Shown here: positions 47,410 to 54,973 of the stretch, piece by piece
How positions within the stretch are numbered: position 1 is the first letter of the stretch
How the letters are laid out: each line of letters starts with the position of its first letter
Assembly: GCA_030167865.1 (NCBI GenBank)
Contig: JALAGF010004555.1
Span: 1-54,973 of the forward strand
Direction: 5' to 3'
Length of the DNA stretch: 54,973 nucleotides
DNA from: Craspedostauros australis
Lineage: Eukaryota
Translations under genes and position numbers: made by a program
The notes under the pieces: model-generated
Databases searched by the model: none
What the model was told of the DNA's origin: nothing
What the model saw: the letters and a program-made list of their open reading frames with translations, nothing else

Positions 47410-49151
47410 TGCGGCGTGGAGCAGAGCAAAGTAGAGCAGAGGGCCGTGCTGGCGTGTCCACTCGAACGAGTAGTAGTGCACTGAACTCAAGGAGATACCA
47501 GGTGGAGCAGGAGGAAGATTGTTGATGCGATTTGGGTTGTGGCGGTCACTGGATGGCCATGTTTCGTCTTCTTGTTGCTTCTCGCTCTCTTGCTTGCTTC
47601 CTCTTGTTGTCTCTTTGTTGTTCGTCTCGAATCTCGGCGGGATTCGGCCAGCTCAAACAAAGACACAGTCGAATCACGCACATCTTGTTCGTTTTGGCCT
47701 TGTTCGTACGACGATTTGCACGAACATGTTTGGCACTCTACTCGAGAATAGCCTAGAATAGAGTAGATTGATCTCGTCTCTCTCTGCAGAGAGAGGGAGA
47801 GAGAGTTCCAGCAATTGCAACTAATCTAATCGCACCCATACTTGGACATAGACGGATCATATTGAGATAGCATCAGATCAATAGTCGTCACCAAGATTCA
47901 TCACCAACTCAGGCCATACCTTGGGTCATCGCAAGACCTGTTCTCACGAGAAAGAGTCGCTTTCTTGTTCACACTCCTCAAGCCTGGCTTCGGTTGTATT
48001 CTGTTTCCACAGGAAGCTCTTCTACATCCTCCTCTGTAACACTCCTCCAGCTTTGACGTGCGCCCTGGGACTGATGGTACTTGGCCTGAAAATGATGCTG
48101 CGCAGAGTAAGACGGACAGGAAGTGTGAAATGCGTGGGCTTGCTTGGTCTTGTTAGATTTAGTTCATTCGTGTCATGTTCGGTCGAATCAGTCATTTCGC
48201 TCGTGCCAACGTCATGCGAAACCAATTTCCATTCCCGAAAACCGCATCCAAGATTCCAACAAGAAATCGCGGAAAAGATGCACAGAAAATGTGAGACCTG
48301 GCGGCTGGTGGCACACACACGTTCGCACCGAACGCACCAAAAGAGACAAACAAATTGCGTGCCTGTGCATCGAATAATAACAGAGTAGATTGGACCCCGT
48401 ACCGGAATAGATCGTACTCGACTTGCACGCCACACGAGCCAGTGCAGCTACGAGCTGCACGTTTTATGTGTTAGTTGGAGGAGAGAGAGAGAGAGAGACA
48501 GAGATCCACATCTCAATTGGCACAAGATCGCAACTCTGGAAGCAACCGCAAAGGGACAATCTGTGAGCTCCCATACTCCTGCTCTCTTGGATGCTCCTCA
48601 ACGGTATTGGCATAGTTGCACTGGTGCGAACAGAGCACGAACACTCACGTGACACAATCACGACGAAGAGGCTGCAAAACCGCTTTCGGAGAGAAAGATC
48701 AGAACTGCTCAGGATTGTGAAAGGGACAAGGACGAAGGCAAAGCGCAGACATCGCTTTCTCGCTTGGCTGCTCTCATAATCGAGACCAGCGAGCGAGCAG
48801 ACAAACGAACCAAGAGACCCACAAAACCATCAACTTGTGAACGCGAAACGTCACCGAGTCTGCAGGCTGGGTGGTAATAGGTACAGACCTTTCCGCCAAA
48901 TCGGCACAGCGCACGACCAAGTGACTCTCTCAACATTGTTCTCGTTTCCAAGCAATCGCGATTGCTTCACGACTTGGTCCGCCTTGCGCAGAGACAAGCC
49001 GCCACAGCGTAGCACACAATTCCCAACGACCAACAGCAAACAACGCCGCAATCGACAACAATCAAACTACAGCCACTCCACAGGCCCACAAATCAAAATC
49101 AACATCAACATCACCGCCAATACTAACAACGTAGACGACACAAATTGCACC

Positions 49152-49988
49152 ATGTCGCCTTCCAACGAACGCATCGTCATTGCTGACTACCCCTTCAAGT
49201 CCATCCACAGATCCGACGGGTTGGGCTGCAGCAGCGAAGACTCATCATCATCGATGATGTCCACAATCGCACGCAACGACAATTCTGCCAAACAGAAGGA
49301 GGCATCATCTCATGATGCAACACCTGCATCGCCGTCCTCGACAATGCAATCATCTACTGCAACTTCACCTCTATCGGCTGCATCATGCACGGCGGAAGAG
49401 ACTGACGATCATGGTGAGAGCAACACTGTTCAAACCACGGAGTTGGATGCAGACCCTCGTAGTCTCTTTACAACGAGTATCACCACAAACGAACGAGCGG
49501 ACAGTCAGAGTAGCACAGACAAGATTGAACAACGATCAGCACGCAAGTCTGTCCGATTCGCAGAACACAACGAAGTGCACGATACCTTGCACGTCAACGA
49601 CTTCACAGATGTCGAATTCTCCTCCTCCTGGCTCTCCGACGTCGACTTCCAAATCATCACGGAGATGGCCAGAATAACGATCGAGTTGATCGAGCTGGGA
49701 GAGTCCGAAGATGCCAGCCCGCAGCTCTGCTTCCGCGGACTGCGGTCAAGGACATGGTTTGCTGAGGAGAAGCTGCGCCGCAGACACCAGAACCTCGTGG
49801 CCGTCGTTCTGGAGGAGCAGGACTTTCAAGCATCGCGCGCCATCTGCGATCACGAGTACATTGCGGAACTGTGCAGCATGCACACCAAGGACAGCGTTCT
49901 GCGTGCTCGTGCACGTGCCGAACAGGATCATTGCGATGCTATTCAAGAGCCGAATAGCTGCCGCACGAACATGAAGCACTTTGTTTGA
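49152..49988 (+). CDS. Uncharacterised diatom-type protein (KSVRF...W....F...CFRGL family)
   Basis: CACCATG at 49152; Ser/Thr-rich N-terminus, then KSVRFAEHNEVHDTLHVNDFTDVEFSSSWLSDVDF, CFRGL, VLEEQ, IAELC...ARAEQD. I recognise this pattern from expanded diatom hypothetical-protein families. Confidence 0.8.
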   Translation: MSPSNERIVIADYPFKSIHRSDGLGCSSEDSSSSMMSTIARNDNSAKQKEASSHDATPASPSSTMQSSTATSPLSAASCTAEETDDHGESNTVQTTELDADPRSLFTTSITTNERADSQSSTDKIEQRSARKSVRFAEHNEVHDTLHVNDFTDVEFSSSWLSDVDFQIITEMARITIELIELGESEDASPQLCFRGLRSRTWFAEEKLRRRHQNLVAVVLEEQDFQASRAICDHEYIAELCSMHTKDSVLRARARAEQDHCDAIQEPNSCRTNMKHFV

Positions 49989-50669
49989 TGACACGCTGTA
50001 GCTACGATTAATGCACGAGCCACTGACACAACGCATATCATATTGCATGGAGGGCTTGATAGACTACACTTTACTCTTAACACCATGGAGTAGAGCACAC
50101 GATTTTGAAGAACAAGGACGCACATAGCAGACCATCGTACTCTGACGATACTCGTATACTAGCGCGTACCGCACATTGGAATGCTGAGTCGGGACACGAT
50201 ACAAATGCGTGTGTATTGGTGTGGCATGCTTGTGTATGAGCGAGTGCTGTCTTGTTGAGGTTGGGCCAAGAGCGGAGTCGGAGGAGATCATTTGCATCCT
50301 GGAGACTTTGATTCAGCACGAATGGCGCACTCGTAGACGACACAACAAAGATAGACCATTGAATCAACATGTTGAATCACGAATAGACATGACTCACAAT
50401 TCCCGCCAACAACACAAAATGACCCAACCCATCATTCCTTCATCAACCACCGCACCAACACAAATGAGCATAAAAAGATCCGACGTCCAATCCCACCTCA
50501 CCACTCCTTCCTCCACGGTCCTATTACGTTTGTCTTCGTATTAGTATTGGGAGTCCGAGGCCACACTCGATTGCCACTGTGCTGAGAGAAACAATCAGCA
50601 CTGGGAGTGCATTCATGCATAGAGTGACAACGCTTGCGTACGAGCTGTCCGATAACTTCAGCGATCACG

Positions 50670-52472
50670 ATGATCCGAATCAAGGAAAGAAGCTTGGCTG
50701 GTGTCTTCCTCCTGCTGATGCTGTCGCTTTCGTCTTTCCATGAGGTTGCGGAAGCATGGGCGCCAAACCCAACAACAACAACGTCGACGGCGTCGACATG
50801 GTCTCTGGCATCTTCGCGCGCAAGGCTGGGCCGTCGCAGGGTCAACTCGGCAAGAGCATGGCGATCTGACAATGCCAAGACGACAACGGCATCGTCATCA
50901 TCACGGTCATCGTCATGGGCATTGGCTGCCTCTGCAGCTGCCACTGACACAAACAATATCAGAAGCAGTGAAAACGATGAGTATGAACTGACGGACACGG
51001 GATACACCGCGTATCCACAGCAAACACCCCACTCGGGACGCCACTTCCTGCCATCTCATCCCTACTTTCGTCAGAAGGGGGAAGCGAATCCTGCATCCAA
51101 GCGCAAGCGCATCAAAGCCTTCCTGCGCAAGAGATTCGGGCGTGGCCGCAACAGCGACCCGCAGCAGAAGTTCCGTGCACCTTCCTCTCGAGATGCCAAG
51201 CAAAAACGATTCATGGAAGGTTGGTACTACCGGCTCACCATTCCGGACGAGGATGCAAGCTTCGCCTTCATCATGTCCATCGAGGATCCCGGTCGCAACG
51301 TGGCGACTGGCAAGGACGAGCAGAAGTCGTTGAAGCTGGCGGCGCTGCAAGTGATGGGACCGCACGACGAGTACTTGGTGCAGGCCGATCCCGACGACAC
51401 CAAATTCTGGGCCTACGAGTCACGTCAGGCGTTGGGCTGCACCTTCGGATGGAAGGAAGGATATGGGGAGGCTGACAGCAGCGATGGTGTGCCAGTGCCA
51501 GCATTGCATCCCGATGATTGGTTGCAGCAGGTGGAGACGGGATTTCAAATGCTGCCCAACCGCTTGCAAGGTAGGATGCAAGGCAACGACGGCACGGCAG
51601 GTGGTATTAACGATGGCGAACCGGGATACTGCGACTTCGATCTGCAGATCACGCCCATCTCCGGATGGGGAGACAGCTCCAAGCAGTTCTCCACCGCCGG
51701 TTGGCTGGCCTCGTACTCCGTCTTCGAACCGCACTGGCAGGTGACGTTGGCCGACGCACGTGCCAGCGGAAGTGTGACATGGAAGGGCAAGCAATACGAC
51801 GTAACGGATGCGCCATTCTACGCGGAGAAGAATTGGGGTGGCGCCTTCCCATCCAAATGGTATTGGATCCAATGCAATTCCTTCACGGATGGCAGCCAGC
51901 AGGAGCAAGCACGTTCGTATAGCGGTGAGGACGGCGCGTTGCCCACGCTGTCTGTGACGGCAGGCGGGGGCCGGCGCAAGCTGCCATTTTCCTTCTTAGG
52001 CTCGAACACGGAAGACCTGGGCATGGTGTCCGTGCACTACAACGGAACATTCTACGAAGCAGTGCCCTGGACCGGCACCATGCAATGGGACGTGTCGGCG
52101 TGGGGACAGTGGAAGCTGAGCGGTCGATGCACCGATGCCAAGAACGACAAGGTCTTCGAAGCCGAAGTGGTGGCCGTGTGCTCGCAGGATGCGGGAGTCG
52201 TGCTGCGGGCACCGACGCAGGATGAAGGTCTGGAGTACTTCTGCAAGGATTCCTTCTTGGCGCAGACGACGCTGTCCCTGTGGGAATTGGAGTACGATGC
52301 GACCAGCAAGGAGTACCGCCGTGGCGAAGTGATCATCGACAAGGCAGTGAGCTCGCAGGGCGCTGTGGAGGTCGGCGGAGGACCGTGGTGGAGCCCATGG
52401 CGCGGTGTGTCCAGGATGAAGCAGCCGATGAAGTTCCTGGTGGGTCTGCCGTACCGATTCTCCCGCAGGTGA
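50670..52472 (+). CDS. VTE1: Tocopherol cyclase, plastid-targeted
   Basis: QTPHSGRH, RFMEGWYYRLTIP...SFAFIMSIEDP, STAGWLA...FEPHWQV, YAEKNWGGAFPSKWYWIQCNSF and EVGGGPW; signal peptide with AEA-WAP (Trp variant of ASAFAP). Confidence 0.95.
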   Translation: MIRIKERSLAGVFLLLMLSLSSFHEVAEAWAPNPTTTTSTASTWSLASSRARLGRRRVNSARAWRSDNAKTTTASSSSRSSSWALAASAAATDTNNIRSSENDEYELTDTGYTAYPQQTPHSGRHFLPSHPYFRQKGEANPASKRKRIKAFLRKRFGRGRNSDPQQKFRAPSSRDAKQKRFMEGWYYRLTIPDEDASFAFIMSIEDPGRNVATGKDEQKSLKLAALQVMGPHDEYLVQADPDDTKFWAYESRQALGCTFGWKEGYGEADSSDGVPVPALHPDDWLQQVETGFQMLPNRLQGRMQGNDGTAGGINDGEPGYCDFDLQITPISGWGDSSKQFSTAGWLASYSVFEPHWQVTLADARASGSVTWKGKQYDVTDAPFYAEKNWGGAFPSKWYWIQCNSFTDGSQQEQARSYSGEDGALPTLSVTAGGGRRKLPFSFLGSNTEDLGMVSVHYNGTFYEAVPWTGTMQWDVSAWGQWKLSGRCTDAKNDKVFEAEVVAVCSQDAGVVLRAPTQDEGLEYFCKDSFLAQTTLSLWELEYDATSKEYRRGEVIIDKAVSSQGAVEVGGGPWWSPWRGVSRMKQPMKFLVGLPYRFSRR

Positions 52473-53500
52473 ATAGCTCGAAGCTCGTAGCCGAAGTGTG
52501 TGCAACAGCAGGGCAACGACATGGTAACTGTAGTATCCGCAGATCGCGCCGCTCTTGGTAGAATCGTGGTCGCGATAAGCGTACGCAGCATTCCAAAAAG
52601 TGGCAGCAACACCCATCACACCAGTGCTCGCCGACTGGTAGCAGGAGCAGTTGGTCCGAGCCACGTCAACGAACAATGAGAGGCGTTCCTCCTTGACGAT
52701 GGCCACCACGGAATGGGATTGCTTGCTGATACTTTTCACGGGGCCAAGAAGACGACAAGTGGTGGAGAAAGGCTCGCAGAAAGTGGAGAATTCGTGCGCT
52801 ACGAGGAGTGGTGGTTCGTGTGGTGCAGTGGAACAGACAGGAGATGGTAGTAGTAGAGGGGTTCGAGTGGCTATTTTTTGGCATGGCCGGCGACCCCAGC
52901 CAATCAAATGGCTTAGACTTTATCACTGCCACGAGCAAGCCATCCCATTGAAGGGTGAATTGAGGGGAGTTTGGGTCAATTTTCCCGAGCTTTGTTGCGC
53001 TTGGGGTTCTCATTTGGAACCATTTGACGCAGACGATCTGTTCCGTGTCGGATCGATTCTCGTTGTGAACGCTGACAGAGGCGGTGGGATTGCGTGGTCG
53101 GTTTCGCACGAGGGATTGTGGAACTTTGACACTTTCTCAGAAATCACGTATTGAGCAAATAAACTGCAATTATTTTCGTGCAGTATCTCCGTTTGAGTAT
53201 CTCTACGCGACAAACTTCATTGTCGTAACAGAACGACGATTCCGACCGATACGTTCATGATACCGTTTTGATGGTACTATATTATGCTCAGTATTGTTGT
53301 CGTTTAGTACTAGTATTACCGCAATAGTACCACGACATACGCAAAATTGACAAAATTGTTTTCTACAAAATCCCAACAAAACAAGGACAGAAGTGTTCCT
53401 TTGATGTGAACGGCGACACAGCAGTTGGCTGTTGAGATACTTCTGTCGGTAGTATCCGTTTTGGTATCATGTCGTTGGCTGTGACTTTGTGAACACAGTT

Positions 53501-53982
53501 ATGAGTGAGATTCTGGGTCTTTGTGTGACACCAGAAAGCAACAACAACAACATCGGCATCAAGATCGACAATGGCATCAGTGCTGTCACCAAGTACAAGT
53601 ACCCACAGGTCTGTGTTAGCTAGCAGGATGAGCTCACGCTACAAATGTACACAATACTTGGCACACCGGTGATATACAACACATGTGCACATCACAGCAA
53701 ACCAATAGCAAAAATGACAATGATGATTACAATGGCGTAGACACGCTGCTGTTGGTCACAGTCACCACTGTGGCCTGCAATATGGGTTGAATTCAGGATT
53801 GCAGCTTTAGCAACTTCACTGATGGGGCATCTGCTTTGGTGGTGGGCATGCCATATTGGCCGCAGCACAGGACCCACCCACCCATCTATTCATCCATGAA
53901 GATCATCCATCCTTGTACCAGTTCCGGCGTTGGCATCCAGGTTGGGATCTTTCCTCTACATTCAATGGGCAGAGATCCTTTG
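53501..53982 (+). pseudogene. Decayed coding-like sequence in a CpG-poor terminal region
   Basis: Coding-like frames interrupted by TAG (53621) and TGA (53788); visibly few CG and many TG/CA dinucleotides; no family recognised. Confidence 0.3.
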
Positions 53983-53984
53983 NN
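53983..53984. other. Ambiguous bases (NN) or assembly gap
   Basis: Literal 'nn' in the sequence. Confidence 0.99.
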
Positions 53985-54973
53985 AAGTGTATGATTGTTG
54001 GTGTTGGAAAGAGTGTTGGAGCAATGTTGTGGTGGCCTTGTGCAAGCAACAGGAAGCCTTGACACCATTGGACTCCATTCAACCCCAAGCATCCAGCTGT
54101 GTTGAGATGTACATGCGTGTATATGTCAAGATGTACATGTATATGTGCATCGTTCACCTGTTATTCTTTTTTATGTACGAATGGTACAACTACATTCGTG
54201 TCAATTGTATACTGTGATTTGTCAGAATCACAGTGGAAATGGAATACATGAAAATGAGCAGATTTTCTGGAGGAAATTTGCAATCAACGATTTCTGAGAG
54301 AATCAGGAACATCGTCCATCCATTCATCAATGGAAACGTATGGCATCGAACGAAGCTCGATGTACCTCCCAACTAAGCCCCAGATGATGATATCATCTGA
54401 CAGACCACCGCATCACTGATGGAACATGACATCTGGAGGAACAGGAAGACGACAGCTGACATAGACAGGATGTCATTGTGTCACCACGTCAACATCTGTC
54501 TCCATGTCAGAAGCAGAAGGTGAAGATTTGATGACCGAAGGGCATCAAGATCATGGATACACAAGATGGAGTTCAAGTGGCAAGCACTCGTGGAGTAGAA
54601 GTCAGTAGTGAACAAACGGAGTGTCAAATGCGGAGTATGCATTGAACACAGAGTATCATGTAGCATGAACATGCAACATTGAGAAGAGAGAGAATACAAA
54701 TAGCTGCAAGAGAGCATCTTGCGTACCAACTCATAGTCGGAGACCAATCTACGAAACACAGAGACGCGCCAAGAGCATTGGGCAAGAGAACGGAGACACA
54801 AAGAGGATCGGAGTGCTCAAGGAATGAAATAGCAAACAGAACGACTATCAACCAACACCGTCTTCCACGATCGCAAGTTATCCGTCCATGGAACTTGCCA
54901 ACATGTGTGCTCTGTTCTCTGGATACTCTGGTGTTGCAGATTTGTAGCTTGTTGGTTGTTGCTGATTGCTGAT

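Noticed and set aside
47880-48130. Coding-like patch between the DHHC gene and the 49152 gene
   Set aside because: Only short stop-bounded frames, with no motif or splice support.
26789-52472. ABC1 kinase and tocopherol cyclase as a functional cluster
   Set aside because: They are functionally linked in plant plastoglobules but lie over 21 kb apart with nine unrelated genes between them; no evidence beyond chance.
51996-53154. ORFs downstream of or antisense to VTE1 (51996..52907 minus, 52651..53154 plus)
   Set aside because: Non-ATG starts, no motifs, and partly shadows of VTE1.
53462-53470. TGGTATCA resembling an LTR-retrotransposon tRNA-Met primer-binding site
   Set aside because: The match stops after 8 nt, there is no adjacent LTR end (..CA), and no gag/pol ORF follows.
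1-54973. tRNA, rRNA, CRISPR arrays or intact transposons
   Set aside because: None seen: no cloverleaf, rRNA signature, regularly spaced repeats or transposase/RT motifs.

Overview
Gene-dense eukaryotic nuclear DNA, most likely from a diatom or related ochrophyte. The evidence is GT-AG introns with GTACGT/GTAAGT/GTGAGT donors, bipartite plastid-targeting presequences of the ASAFAP type, and a diatom-type 'KSVRF...CFRGL' protein. About 17 genes can be supported: a giant BEACH/WD40 protein, a frameshifted FkbM-type methyltransferase, a BCS1-like AAA ATPase, COP9 signalosome subunit 3, a degenerate mitochondrial-carrier-like protein, a small plastid-targeted protein missing from the ORF track, an ABC1 kinase, a sulfotransferase-like protein, a DnaJ protein, NAF1, PIG-V, a 7-exon NCKX-type Ca2+/cation antiporter, an HADHB-type thiolase, an EGF-like membrane protein, a DHHC palmitoyltransferase, a diatom-family unknown and tocopherol cyclase. 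The last ~1.7 kb looks CpG-depleted and decayed. The standout is the minus-strand gene at 25725..26042. It has a plastid presequence, a single in-frame TGA (..MVVY-TGA-SIK..), an open frame after that TGA, and a SECIS-shaped hairpin in its 3' UTR (AUGAC core, 13-bp helix, UGAA, non-canonical apex). This makes it a candidate undescribed plastid-targeted selenoprotein. All calls come from reading motifs by eye; no database search was run.
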